From a virus (taxonomy: Duplodnaviria > Heunggongvirae > Uroviricota > Caudoviricetes), in IMG/VR virus record IMGVR_UViG_3300033076_001232, positions 14,435 through 78,434 of that record: DNA of 64,000 bases; one strand, 5' to 3'. The notes below the pieces were generated by a model. That model was not told where the DNA came from and made no database searches. It saw nothing but the letters and a program-made list of their open reading frames with translations. The translations under genes and the position numbers were made by a program. Every line of letters starts with the position of its first letter. The stretch's first letter is position 1. Below, one piece after another: positions 34,391-43,835 of the stretch.

Positions 34391-36889
34391 ATGAAAAATC
34401 CATACCTAAATAATTTAGTAGCAAAGAGTATCCTTGAAGGACACTATGAGAGACTTTTCGAGAATGAAAAAGTCGATTCATTAGCTAATAAATTATCGGA
34501 CAACGCACTTAATGTTTTTAAGGTTTTAACTTTTGATCTTGCACCAAAGAGGGACAGAAATCCTGATGTAATCAGAGTAAAACTTTCCGATATAGCCAAC
34601 TCAGGAACAGTTAAACAATTAACTGCCAAGCTTCTTGATTATGCAGATGACAATGAATTAGTCGATGCTAAGTATGCTGAGGCAAAAAGACTATATTTAG
34701 CTTGTTTAAATAAGCTTTGCGAAGCTTTAGAAAGAATTGCAGAGATTAGTAAGGAAAAAGGAGAAATCATATTAAAGAGCTTTAAAATATCACCTACGAA
34801 GCTTCAGAATATCATAGATAATATAGCAAAGCAGGCAGAGGAGGAAACTAAATTAAAAGCAACAAACGAATCTGAGGATTTTGATCTAGTTAACGAGTCT
34901 CTTTTTGTTGGTTATAGAGGTAGAATAGAAAAAATTAAAAAGCTACTGACTAACCTAATTACATCTGCTGAGGGTAAAGATCAGAAGAACGGATATGGAA
35001 GGGATTGGAAAAGAACATTTTTAGATCTTGATGAGAAAAGAAAAGTTCTTGATATAACTAAATCCGGTTTTGGCGACAAAGATAAAAAATCTTTAGATGA
35101 ACTAGAGAAGCAAGTTACCAAGTATCAGCAAGAGTTTAATGATGCTCTTTTACAAGCAGCGAATAGATCATTACAGGCTTTAGAAGACGATGAGGAGGTT
35201 TATAAGCTGTATTCAGACGTAACCGAATTATCTACTGAAGCCCTGGATCTTCTTACCAGAGCTAAATCTCAATATGAAATAGCTTATAAAGAGATATTGG
35301 ATCAACATGAGGTAGAGGAAAGTACATTCCTTAAAAGTTTATTTCCTCTTAAAAGGGGAGATAGAGATACCAACTCTAAATTTAAGGGTAGCAAGTTAAT
35401 CTATTATATTCAATCGGCACTTTGTAATGGTATTCCTGCAGCCGATAAATTGATTAAATCTAAAAAAGGTCCTAATGGAATTTACGGACCAGCCACAACC
35501 TCAGTTATTTCATCTCTACAAAAAATAGCTGGTAATAAAAACGTGAATGGACAGATTGATAAAGCTTTACTTGATTCTATTCTGGCTTCAGACTGGGTTC
35601 AGACTAAAGATAAAAAATCTATCGAGTCAGCTCTTGAAACAATAAGGTCAAAAACAAATGAATCTGAAATATTCGGTGATTATGACAGAGTTAGAAGCAT
35701 TGATTCGTTTCTACCTCAGCTTAATGAGAACAAGATTGTTATAAATAATTCAGAGTTTGAAAAAGAACTGCAATCTCAGTATAAAACTGTTTCTGCTCAA
35801 CCTGAAGTAGTTTCATCTAGTAGTACAGGGACTAAAAAAGTTGCCGGATCTGGGGTTAAAGATCTTGCAAAGAAATTAAGAACTGTCTATGGTATGAAAA
35901 TAGAATCTGATGATTTTACTAAAAAAGACGGAACATTAAGATCGTCTTATAGTCCAGAATTTGTAAATGCTTGGGTAAAAGCACTTGATAAAGTAGGCGA
36001 ATCCGCTAAAGATTATGGTTATTTCTTTTATGATGGTGGTTTATATCCTATTAAGAGTAGATATTCTTCACTAAAAAGACCTAGCAACTGGGAAAAATGG
36101 TCAAAGGTTAGACAAGCAAAGAGCTTCAGTTCTGAAGATGCTTCTGACTTTCTAGACGATTATATGAAATCCTGGAAAAGCTTTGGTAAAGTTAAAGGCG
36201 ATGAGAGATATCAATCGATCAAAACGATAATAAGAAAAAGAGAGGATACCGATCTTGCAACCGCTTACGAAATGATGGATTCGTCAATTATGAATAAGAG
36301 TATTCCATTTATTGACTATGATGATTTAAAGGGTAATATCACTAAAGCATTTAACATAGCTCTTCAAAAAGGAGAGAAGGATCCAGATTTAGGAGCAGAA
36401 GATTTTTGCGCTATAAACGATTTCCTTGTTATGGTTTCTAACGCTGTTTCTTTTGATGGTAAGAAATTCATTAGCTGTATTAAATGGATCCATGACCATG
36501 TTCTAGGTGAATCCACTGCAAAGAGAATATCCAATGATTCTGTGTTTTGGTTCAAAACAGGATCTTTATTTGGAGTTGATAGCATGCTTTCCTACAATAA
36601 ATCAGGTATTTCTGTTAGCGACGTATCGTCAGCATCTTCTTTAAAGAAGCTATTTAATTCAGTTAAAAAGTTAATTCTTAAAGATCCTAGTAAAGACCTT
36701 CCTGGATTCAAATATCTGATTGATATGGAGGACGAGGATGATTTAGGAAAGAGTACTCTTTCTGCTAACTGCAAGTATATTTCTTGCGAGATCTACCCTA
36801 TCATCAATTCACATGTCAAAAGAATGAATGCTAATACATTCGAGAAGGTTCCACAATCCGGGAATTCTAAGTGCATTGAGATAAACTAA
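34391..36889 (+). CDS. Large virion protein with a peptidoglycan-binding-like domain
   Basis: PLKRGD..IQSAL..NGIYGPAT..ISSLQ..VNGQID fits PG_binding_1; repeated xNE motifs. Confidence 0.55.
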   Translation: MKNPYLNNLVAKSILEGHYERLFENEKVDSLANKLSDNALNVFKVLTFDLAPKRDRNPDVIRVKLSDIANSGTVKQLTAKLLDYADDNELVDAKYAEAKRLYLACLNKLCEALERIAEISKEKGEIILKSFKISPTKLQNIIDNIAKQAEEETKLKATNESEDFDLVNESLFVGYRGRIEKIKKLLTNLITSAEGKDQKNGYGRDWKRTFLDLDEKRKVLDITKSGFGDKDKKSLDELEKQVTKYQQEFNDALLQAANRSLQALEDDEEVYKLYSDVTELSTEALDLLTRAKSQYEIAYKEILDQHEVEESTFLKSLFPLKRGDRDTNSKFKGSKLIYYIQSALCNGIPAADKLIKSKKGPNGIYGPATTSVISSLQKIAGNKNVNGQIDKALLDSILASDWVQTKDKKSIESALETIRSKTNESEIFGDYDRVRSIDSFLPQLNENKIVINNSEFEKELQSQYKTVSAQPEVVSSSSTGTKKVAGSGVKDLAKKLRTVYGMKIESDDFTKKDGTLRSSYSPEFVNAWVKALDKVGESAKDYGYFFYDGGLYPIKSRYSSLKRPSNWEKWSKVRQAKSFSSEDASDFLDDYMKSWKSFGKVKGDERYQSIKTIIRKREDTDLATAYEMMDSSIMNKSIPFIDYDDLKGNITKAFNIALQKGEKDPDLGAEDFCAINDFLVMVSNAVSFDGKKFISCIKWIHDHVLGESTAKRISNDSVFWFKTGSLFGVDSMLSYNKSGISVSDVSSASSLKKLFNSVKKLILKDPSKDLPGFKYLIDMEDEDDLGKSTLSANCKYISCEIYPIINSHVKRMNANTFEKVPQSGNSKCIEIN

Positions 36890-36921
36890 TTTTTTAATCC
36901 CGATACCTATTATTATATTTG
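36888..36921 (+). promoter_or_regulatory. Class I promoter
   Basis: AATTTTTT-N18-TATATTTG upstream of the kinase-asnB pair. Confidence 0.7.
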
Positions 36922-36927
36922 CTGGGT

Positions 36928-36956
36928 GAAATCTATATTAAACCCAGCAGTATAAT
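36928..36956 (+). promoter_or_regulatory. Class II promoter upstream of kinase-asnB
   Basis: GAAAT-N18-TATAAT. Confidence 0.6.
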
Positions 36957-36960
36957 TTTT

Positions 36961-37530
36961 ATGATTTACGTGTTCGAAGGTGCTAGAAATAGCGGAAAAA
37001 CATATCTTAGTAACTATATTTCTAAAACCCATAAAATCCCAAGATTTCAGTTCAATTTTGGGGGTTACTTTAATTTATTGGGTCTTTCAAGCAGTGGTAA
37101 TAGAGAAGCACATTCTTTCTCTATGGGCAAAGAACTTATGCTTCTCCAACTAGGAAAAGAATTTTCTAATTCATTTCCCGATTTTATACATGACCGGGGG
37201 ATAGTAACTGTTTTAGCATGGGGTATTTACGAGAAGAGAATATCTTATGATGAACTAATCTCGCAGATTGATTATATTCATAAGAATGATTTACTTAAAG
37301 GGATCTATGTTATTAGAATAAAGGGAAAAAATCCAGATAGATCAGACAGAGACAAGGATCAATGGGACTTTGCAGATTCCAACAATGGTGAATCCGAGTG
37401 TTTTGATTTGGTGTTTTCTGAATTCGAGAAGAGAGAAATATTCAAAACTTTTACCGTCAATAATACTTTCGATGACAAAGCATTAGAAGAAATTGATAAC
37501 TTATTTGATTTTATAAATTCAACAGAATAG
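36961..37530 (+). CDS. P-loop dNMP/thymidylate kinase-like protein
   Basis: MIYVFEGARNSGKT and IHDRG; ATG at 36961 preferred to the upstream TTG. Confidence 0.7.
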   Translation: MIYVFEGARNSGKTYLSNYISKTHKIPRFQFNFGGYFNLLGLSSSGNREAHSFSMGKELMLLQLGKEFSNSFPDFIHDRGIVTVLAWGIYEKRISYDELISQIDYIHKNDLLKGIYVIRIKGKNPDRSDRDKDQWDFADSNNGESECFDLVFSEFEKREIFKTFTVNNTFDDKALEEIDNLFDFINSTE

Positions 37531-37531
37531 A

Positions 37532-38941
37532 ATGTGCGGAATAATTTTAACTACAGGAGCAAGTAAGAATCCAGAAATACTGGATTCTATAAAACATAGG
37601 GGGATAGAGAGAAGCGAGGTATCTTTTAGTGGCGTGACCTTATGTCATCATCGTTTGCCAATACAGACTTCTGATGGCGATGAATGGAGTCAGCCTATAG
37701 AAATCTCCGATGGAATGTACCTAATGTTTAACGGCGAGATCTTTAACTATGACAGAGACAGATTCACGTCTGATACTGAATATCTAATTAATCTATTCTC
37801 TCCCTACAAGGAATCCAACAATCTAGAATTCTTTTGTGCTATGTATATTCCACATATAGTAAAATGGGATGGATTTTGGGCAATTGTAATTTATGATTCT
37901 AAATCTGGAAATGTAATTTATTTTACTGATCCTCTAGGGAAGAAGTGTCTATATAAAAATGAGCTAGGAGAGATCTGCTCCGAGATAAAGGGATTATACA
38001 CACAGAATTCCAATATTGACGAGTCTTACATAAGCAGCGTTAGAAAATGGGGATATAACAAGGATTCAAGAACTCCATATACCAATATAGAAAGGGTTCT
38101 TCCGAACAATATTTATATGCACAATATCCAATCCCCCAATTTCGAGCAGTGCTATAAAGAATACTATAGGATTTGGAATACACCTATACCTGAATTAAAA
38201 GATGCTTCATATGACGATCACATGGAGTGGCTATGGGTCAAAATGATAGAAAGTTTAGAGAATCGTCTGGTTTCTAAGGATTATCCTATTTCTTTACTTG
38301 TCTCCGGAGGACTAGATTCCGCTATTATAGCTGGACTATTGAAAGAAATGAATGCTGATGTAAAGTGGTTTAGTATAGAGAACGGGGAAACCCAGTTTGT
38401 TGATGATTTAAGCGCTCATCTTGGAGTTAAAACCAATTTTCTAGACTATTCTATGGATGCAGAGAAAAACGCTCTTATATACGCTAAATGGAACGAGAGC
38501 CCTATTGATCTAGGATCTGTCATTCCTCAGTACCATCTTTTTGAAGCAATTAGAAAAAGTACCGATTACAGAATAGTCCTTAGTGGCGATGGATCCGATG
38601 AGCTTTTTGGTGGATATTCTAGAATCCATGAATATGATTCACAGAAATCGGATGTTTTTGAAGAACTCACATTTTACCATTTACCTAGACTGGATAAGAT
38701 GTCTATGGCTCACACACTGGAACTTAGAAATCCATTTTTGAATTTGGATATAGTTAGGTTTGCTTTACATCTTCCTCTTGAATGGAGAAAGGATAAAAAG
38801 ATATTGAAGGATACATTTGGACCTCTTTTACCGGAGTCTATCGTGAACAGAAAGAAAGAAGCACTAAAGAATCCTGAAATTAAACAGGATCGAATAACAT
38901 ATAGATACAAAGCAGTTGAACTTTTTCTTTCTTTAGCTTAG
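37532..38941 (+). CDS. asnB: Asparagine synthetase B-like glutamine amidotransferase
   Basis: N-terminal MCGI, HRG, HHRL, QP, FNGEIFNY, SDTE, SGGLDS, LSGDGSDELFGGY, RLDKMSMAHTLELRNPFL. Confidence 0.9.
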   Translation: MCGIILTTGASKNPEILDSIKHRGIERSEVSFSGVTLCHHRLPIQTSDGDEWSQPIEISDGMYLMFNGEIFNYDRDRFTSDTEYLINLFSPYKESNNLEFFCAMYIPHIVKWDGFWAIVIYDSKSGNVIYFTDPLGKKCLYKNELGEICSEIKGLYTQNSNIDESYISSVRKWGYNKDSRTPYTNIERVLPNNIYMHNIQSPNFEQCYKEYYRIWNTPIPELKDASYDDHMEWLWVKMIESLENRLVSKDYPISLLVSGGLDSAIIAGLLKEMNADVKWFSIENGETQFVDDLSAHLGVKTNFLDYSMDAEKNALIYAKWNESPIDLGSVIPQYHLFEAIRKSTDYRIVLSGDGSDELFGGYSRIHEYDSQKSDVFEELTFYHLPRLDKMSMAHTLELRNPFLNLDIVRFALHLPLEWRKDKKILKDTFGPLLPESIVNRKKEALKNPEIKQDRITYRYKAVELFLSLA

Positions 38942-38963
38942 ATTAGATTACATTTTTAGGATA

Positions 38964-38971
38964 GATATATA
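38964..38971 (+). promoter_or_regulatory. Late promoter motif GATATATA
   Basis: Recurrent motif. Confidence 0.6.
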
Positions 38972-38990
38972 GTAAAAATAAAATCCTGAA

Positions 38991-39635
38991 ATGACTAAAA
39001 TAGTTAAGTTGGACGAATTCCAAATAGTTAATGAAGATCTTTCCATGGGTGAACTTCTTTTTGGTAAAGTTTTGCCTTTTATGGGAGAGGGCTTTATAAA
39101 GACCTTAAAACAGAAGATAGCTGCTATTCTTATGGAAAAAATTGGAATCCTCGAGGATTCTAAATTTTCTATAATCATACAAGAGCTTGTTGATTCTATC
39201 CCAGTAAAAGATATCCCGGGTCTAATGACTGGGGAAAAAGCTAATGCTGAATATCTGGCTCCGAAATTAGCACAAGCAGTACAGGAGTACATACAAAGAA
39301 AGGGACTGGATTCTCTTTTTGAACCATTTGGCATTGATCCTAATGGATGGATGGCTTCTACAATCAGAGAGGGGTTACAAAGCGAAATAGGACAGGACAG
39401 AATAGAAGCTTTCTTTATATCAGCTTTGGGCGGTGAAAAAATACTAAGTGGAGCTTTATCTAAACTTGATCCTTCAGATAAAAGAGCGGTTGACAGTGCA
39501 TTGGTTCAACAGGCTGCTAAGACATATCCTACCAAGAGAGAAAGTTCAGTTAGTTCAGATAAGGGATCTGGTAATGGAATGATGGATACGCTAAGCGCTA
39601 TCTGGGGAGGATTACTACAAGGAGCTTCTAAATAA
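38991..39635 (+). CDS. Probable internal head protein (amphipathic helices)
   Basis: Leader MTKIVKLDEFQIVNED; late motif at 38964. Confidence 0.5.
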   Translation: MTKIVKLDEFQIVNEDLSMGELLFGKVLPFMGEGFIKTLKQKIAAILMEKIGILEDSKFSIIIQELVDSIPVKDIPGLMTGEKANAEYLAPKLAQAVQEYIQRKGLDSLFEPFGIDPNGWMASTIREGLQSEIGQDRIEAFFISALGGEKILSGALSKLDPSDKRAVDSALVQQAAKTYPTKRESSVSSDKGSGNGMMDTLSAIWGGLLQGASK

Positions 39636-39647
39636 AATTAAAAAGAT

Positions 39648-40004
39648 ATGAACGTACAGAACGTTGCAAAAAGAGAGATTTTAGATTATGAACAGTTTTT
39701 AGGAAAAGTTCATGACGAAAACTATAAGCCATTTTCTCCGGCTAATCAAAAAGATCAAAGAGAAAAAACCGGACTTTCCACTATAGAAAGACAACCTGCT
39801 TTTGATTTCGTAGGTTATGCTGATGCAGTATTTGGTAATAAATCTAAAATAGATGTTCCTGGATATCGATCTACTACACCAGACGGTAGCTTCATGAATG
39901 ATGCGGGGGCATTCGGAAATGTATTTAATATGAATGCTAGTGAATCCGAGAATAGCTCAGAGTACACTGAACCAAATTTCATTAAAAGATTATCCGATTT
40001 TTAA
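39648..40004 (+). CDS. Hypothetical protein
   Basis: 118 aa; ILDYEQF near the N-terminus and IKRLSDF at the C-terminus. Confidence 0.55.
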   Translation: MNVQNVAKREILDYEQFLGKVHDENYKPFSPANQKDQREKTGLSTIERQPAFDFVGYADAVFGNKSKIDVPGYRSTTPDGSFMNDAGAFGNVFNMNASESENSSEYTEPNFIKRLSDF

Positions 40005-40019
40005 TATAAATTTCTTGAA

Positions 40020-40050
40020 TAAAAAAGGATCCTTATGGGATCCTTTTTTT
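40020..40050. terminator. Bidirectional terminator between convergent genes
   Basis: AAAAAAGGATCC-TTATG-GGATCCTTTTTT. Confidence 0.85.
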
Positions 40051-40771
40051 ATGATATCCGTTCTATGAATTTTTCCTTAGCTATCTTAAGTATCTCGGAG
40101 TTTTCGTTATAATTTTCATAAATCTCTATAACATATAATTCTGGAGATTTTTTTCTTTCTGAAGATTCCCCCTCCAAAATTTCGTGGTAGATATATTCGT
40201 AATTAATGGAGAACATTTTGTTCTTTAGATAGATCCGTTTCATAATACATACCTCCTTATCACCTTCCTGGGTTTTGAGGATAACTGATCCCTGCCATTT
40301 ATAAGCTTCTATTGCATCAGTTACCATATTTCTAATGATAAGTATACCAGAGTTAGTTTTTTCTGGTTTAATTAGGGTATCTGGTTCTACCTTAAAGATT
40401 TTTATTTTTGACTCCTCTTCTTTTAAGATCTCTAGACAAACCTCCGAATAATCGTAGAGCGTATGTAGAGAATTTTCAACTATCTCCTCCAACACAGAGG
40501 CTGTTTGTTTATCTAATGATTTAAAATCAAAGGATGCCAAATATTCTCTATCCTCCTTTTTTAAACCCTTTACTATGGAGCTACCTATAGTTTTTGTTTC
40601 CTTGAAGTCGTTTAGAATTTTAACAAGTCTAGAGATCTCCTTTAATACGGAGTATGACGTTTTAGCATTTAGCTTTTTTGTTAAAGCTTTTAGGTAATCT
40701 AATAAAATATATTCCTTGTGTTCAGAATCTATTGGATCCTTTATGAACCATAATGGGTTAATGTTCTTCAT
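40049..40771 (-). CDS. Hypothetical protein (only convincing minus-strand gene)
   Basis: 240 aa filling a plus-strand gap; bidirectional terminator at its end; AATATATA upstream on the minus strand. Confidence 0.75.
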   Translation of the reverse strand: MKNINPLWFIKDPIDSEHKEYILLDYLKALTKKLNAKTSYSVLKEISRLVKILNDFKETKTIGSSIVKGLKKEDREYLASFDFKSLDKQTASVLEEIVENSLHTLYDYSEVCLEILKEEESKIKIFKVEPDTLIKPEKTNSGILIIRNMVTDAIEAYKWQGSVILKTQEGDKEVCIMKRIYLKNKMFSINYEYIYHEILEGESSERKKSPELYVIEIYENYNENSEILKIAKEKFIERIS

Positions 40772-40828
40772 CTTTTTAAAATTGTGAAGTGATCCATGTA
40801 TATATTGAAACTTTAAAAATCATTTCTG

Positions 40829-40836
40829 GATATATA
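40829..40836 (+). promoter_or_regulatory. Late promoter motif GATATATA
   Basis: Recurrent motif; divergent AATATATA on the minus strand at 40799-40806. Confidence 0.6.
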
Positions 40837-40852
40837 GACTAAAAAGAATAAA

Positions 40853-41299
40853 ATGGCAAGAATATACGACTATAATTCTTTTCAGGATGGTAATAAAGGT
40901 GCAAATCCTAATGATTTTAAGTTTGGTGACGAAATCAAATACATTAATATTGATATTTACAATAAGCCTGAAGAATATGAAGACATCACCGATGCTAAGG
41001 TTTATGTTGAGTATTCGACCAGATTTATTTTTAAGAAGAGCGGGATAGATGATATTATCTTCTCTATTGATTCAGTTGAGCTGGAATTTCAAGTTGATGA
41101 TTATCCAAATGACGAGCCTAAGGAGTTTGATATCGAGCTTATTCCGGGAAAGACTATAGACTACAGTCAGCTTAAAGCAGAGAAAGAAGAGATTATTATA
41201 CCTTCTTATCCAGACAGAATAGAAATTAATATGAACAAATCAACGGAGCCTAGAAACTTTCAGGTTACTGTCTATTTTGGATCATCATCTAGATATTAA
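40853..41299 (+). CDS. Hypothetical acidic late protein
   Basis: Leader MARIYDYNSF; late motif at 40829. Confidence 0.6.
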   Translation: MARIYDYNSFQDGNKGANPNDFKFGDEIKYINIDIYNKPEEYEDITDAKVYVEYSTRFIFKKSGIDDIIFSIDSVELEFQVDDYPNDEPKEFDIELIPGKTIDYSQLKAEKEEIIIPSYPDRIEINMNKSTEPRNFQVTVYFGSSSRY

Positions 41300-41303
41300 A
41301 GGT

Positions 41304-42260
41304 ATGAAGATTTTAAATTTTTTAGAGTTCACCCTTAACGAGTCCACTGAGGTAACCCCAGATGAATTTTATAAAGTTCCTGGAGTTAATAATTTTATGG
41401 AAGATGGGTACGAGATAAGTGCAAGGAATCATATAGAGTCAGATGAATACCCTGCCTTCGAAATATCTGCAATAGAGGAAAATCCAACTGCGATTAAAAT
41501 ATGCTATTGTGATGAGCACGGAAATCCAATGGAGGATATTTGGTTACCTAAGGATTCACTAGATGTAAAGATGCAGGATCAAGATGACATAATTATTACA
41601 ATTCATCCTGAGTGCAGATGGATCAATGATCCTTCTAACAGGGAAAAACTTGAAGAATTCATAGAAAACTTTGATAATTTCAGAACCGATCAGGATGACA
41701 AAGAAAATAGAAGATCCGAATCTATAAAGGACGATCTCGAAAATTTTCTGGATGCTATAGGTTTTGAAGTATCAGTCAAAGATATAAATAATACCGGCAA
41801 TGGACAATATGAGGTGTATTTAGATAATGATCTTTGTGCTACTGTAAACAAAAGAAGTCTTGCAGATATTATAGGAAAAATTAGTTTATATAGGGAAAAA
41901 ATTATCGGCGACCCATGTATAGAAATAACGGGGGATAGAAACGGGATCACCTTAGTTTCCAATATACCTGATCTTTTTAAAAAAGAAGTAGAGTGTCAGA
42001 TTGATGATTTTGAAGACAATCCTTACCTTAGATATCTCTTGAAAAAACCTCTAGATTTAGATACCAATTCAGATAGAGAAAATCTGGCTTCGTATTATTC
42101 TTCAGTTCAAAGAAATCACGATAAGGGTAGATATGAGTCAGAAGACGAGAAGGTCAGAACCTCAGCCAGGGAGGAATCCTATCATATCAAGGATCTAAGA
42201 AAAATGCTTTCTCAGTTTCTTAGTGAAGAAAGGCTGAGAAAGATATCTACTGATTATTAA
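41304..42260 (+). CDS. Probable internal head protein (acidic)
   Basis: Likely start ATG 41304 giving the leader MKILNFLEFTLNES. Confidence 0.55.
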   Translation: MKILNFLEFTLNESTEVTPDEFYKVPGVNNFMEDGYEISARNHIESDEYPAFEISAIEENPTAIKICYCDEHGNPMEDIWLPKDSLDVKMQDQDDIIITIHPECRWINDPSNREKLEEFIENFDNFRTDQDDKENRRSESIKDDLENFLDAIGFEVSVKDINNTGNGQYEVYLDNDLCATVNKRSLADIIGKISLYREKIIGDPCIEITGDRNGITLVSNIPDLFKKEVECQIDDFEDNPYLRYLLKKPLDLDTNSDRENLASYYSSVQRNHDKGRYESEDEKVRTSAREESYHIKDLRKMLSQFLSEERLRKISTDY

Positions 42261-42264
42261 TTAA

Positions 42265-42293
42265 GAAACATTTTAATTTACTTCGGATACAAT
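42265..42293 (+). promoter_or_regulatory. Class II promoter
   Basis: GAAAC-N18-TACAAT. Confidence 0.65.
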
Positions 42294-42297
42294 AAAT

Positions 42298-42582
42298 ATG
42301 GATCTGAGTGAGGACTTTTCACTAAATTATAACGAAATCCTTTATATGGCAAAGCCTAAAGGATTTACCGTGATTGAGGTTTGTAGACACGCTGATCCGA
42401 TATTAGATAACATAGTAGAGGTGTGGCAATACGATAAGAGAAAAAACGGATCTAAATCAAAGGGGGATTCCAGCTGGATTATATTAAAAGATCTCTACAA
42501 TCATCTAAGATATTACAAGTCATTGGGATTTACTTCTATCTCTCTGGAAACAAAAGATGGAAAAAAATCTAAAAAGAAATAA
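42298..42582 (+). CDS. Hypothetical protein
   Basis: 94-aa ORF preceded by GAAAC-N18-TACAAT. Confidence 0.5.
   Translation: MDLSEDFSLNYNEILYMAKPKGFTVIEVCRHADPILDNIVEVWQYDKRKNGSKSKGDSSWIILKDLYNHLRYYKSLGFTSISLETKDGKKSKKK
42547..42575 (+). promoter_or_regulatory. Class II promoter
   Basis: GAAAC-N18-TAAAAA. Confidence 0.45.
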
Positions 42583-42584
42583 AG

Positions 42585-43235
42585 ATGAGAAAGATTCTGT
42601 CTTTTTTTAAAAAGGAACCCAAAAAAAGCCTAAAAATGGATATGTCAGAGCAAAGCATTGAGGATATAAAAGATAGATTTAAATCTTCTGAATTTCAGTG
42701 GATTAAAGGTGATTATCTTTCTACTACCGAGGATTATAAGAATGTCGTAAATAATGGAGATGCCATTTTTATAGAATTTCTTAGCGGTAGAAGAATAAAT
42801 TTAGATTTACTGGAGGAGTACATGGTGTATTTCCCAGCACAACCTAAGATAGCACCACCTCCAGTTCAACAACCTCAAGTAACCCAGCCAGCTCACAATC
42901 CATCAGCAAAAAAAGATTCCACTGTTACTTCTATAGTTTATGATGAACAATCTAAAAATGCTAATGAAGATTCTCCGATATATAAACTACTTAGAAAGCA
43001 GAAGAAAAATCTAGTCGAAGTTTCTATTAAGCTAAAATTAAATCTTCCTTCTAAGGAGCTTTATGGGGTTCTTTCTACTTCCTTTGAGGATGCAGATAAA
43101 GAAATTATAGAATTTGTTTTAGATGGGGTTGATATAGAGGATATAAAAGCATCATTAGCCCAATCTATTCGATCTAATTACTATTCAACAGAGGAAAAAA
43201 AGAAACCAGCTACTACAAACCGAAGTAACAAGTAA
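42585..43235 (+). CDS. Hypothetical protein (two domains, Pro/Gln linker)
   Basis: 216-aa ORF coupled to the Nudix gene (TAATG). Confidence 0.6.
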   Translation: MRKILSFFKKEPKKSLKMDMSEQSIEDIKDRFKSSEFQWIKGDYLSTTEDYKNVVNNGDAIFIEFLSGRRINLDLLEEYMVYFPAQPKIAPPPVQQPQVTQPAHNPSAKKDSTVTSIVYDEQSKNANEDSPIYKLLRKQKKNLVEVSIKLKLNLPSKELYGVLSTSFEDADKEIIEFVLDGVDIEDIKASLAQSIRSNYYSTEEKKKPATTNRSNK

Positions 43236-43825
43236 TGAAAGAAGAAAACGAAGATAAAATTCTATACGAAGCACCAAAATTCAACGTCGTTGAAAGAGGA
43301 GGTAAACCTGGTATCGTTTCTACCGTTGAAACTGTAATGGTCTTACCCTTTATTTCGGATGACCAGGGTTTACCTCTAATGGTTGGAGTTCTAAAGGAAA
43401 GAAATCTATTTAGAGAAGGTGGATATTCAATGAGTCTAATAACAGGAACTTGTGAAGAGGAAGATCCAGATTATCTAAGTACAGCTAAAAGAGAACTTCT
43501 TGAAGAAGGAGGATTTGATGTACAGGAAAATGAGAGATGGTTTTTCTTAGGAACTGTTACTGGAACCAAATTTGTAGAAAAAGAATATCCGTGTTTTGCG
43601 GTGGATGTTACTGGAATAACTAGAGGTGAGCCTGAAACAGATGGATCTAAACAGGAGGAATTATCTAGCTTCCATTTCATACCGGCAAACGATGTTGTAA
43701 AAGCACAGGATGTATACATCCCAGCACTTTTTTTGAAGCTTTTCAAATTTGTAGTAGGAATGGATCTCTATAACAGAGACGATTCTGTTTTTGGAAAACC
43801 TAAAGGTTTTAGCGTAGAGATATAA
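43235..43825 (+). CDS. Nudix hydrolase
   Basis: GTCEEEDPDYLSTAKRELLEEGG Nudix box. Confidence 0.8.
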   Translation: MKEENEDKILYEAPKFNVVERGGKPGIVSTVETVMVLPFISDDQGLPLMVGVLKERNLFREGGYSMSLITGTCEEEDPDYLSTAKRELLEEGGFDVQENERWFFLGTVTGTKFVEKEYPCFAVDVTGITRGEPETDGSKQEELSSFHFIPANDVVKAQDVYIPALFLKLFKFVVGMDLYNRDDSVFGKPKGFSVEI

Positions 43826-43835
43826 ATAATACATT

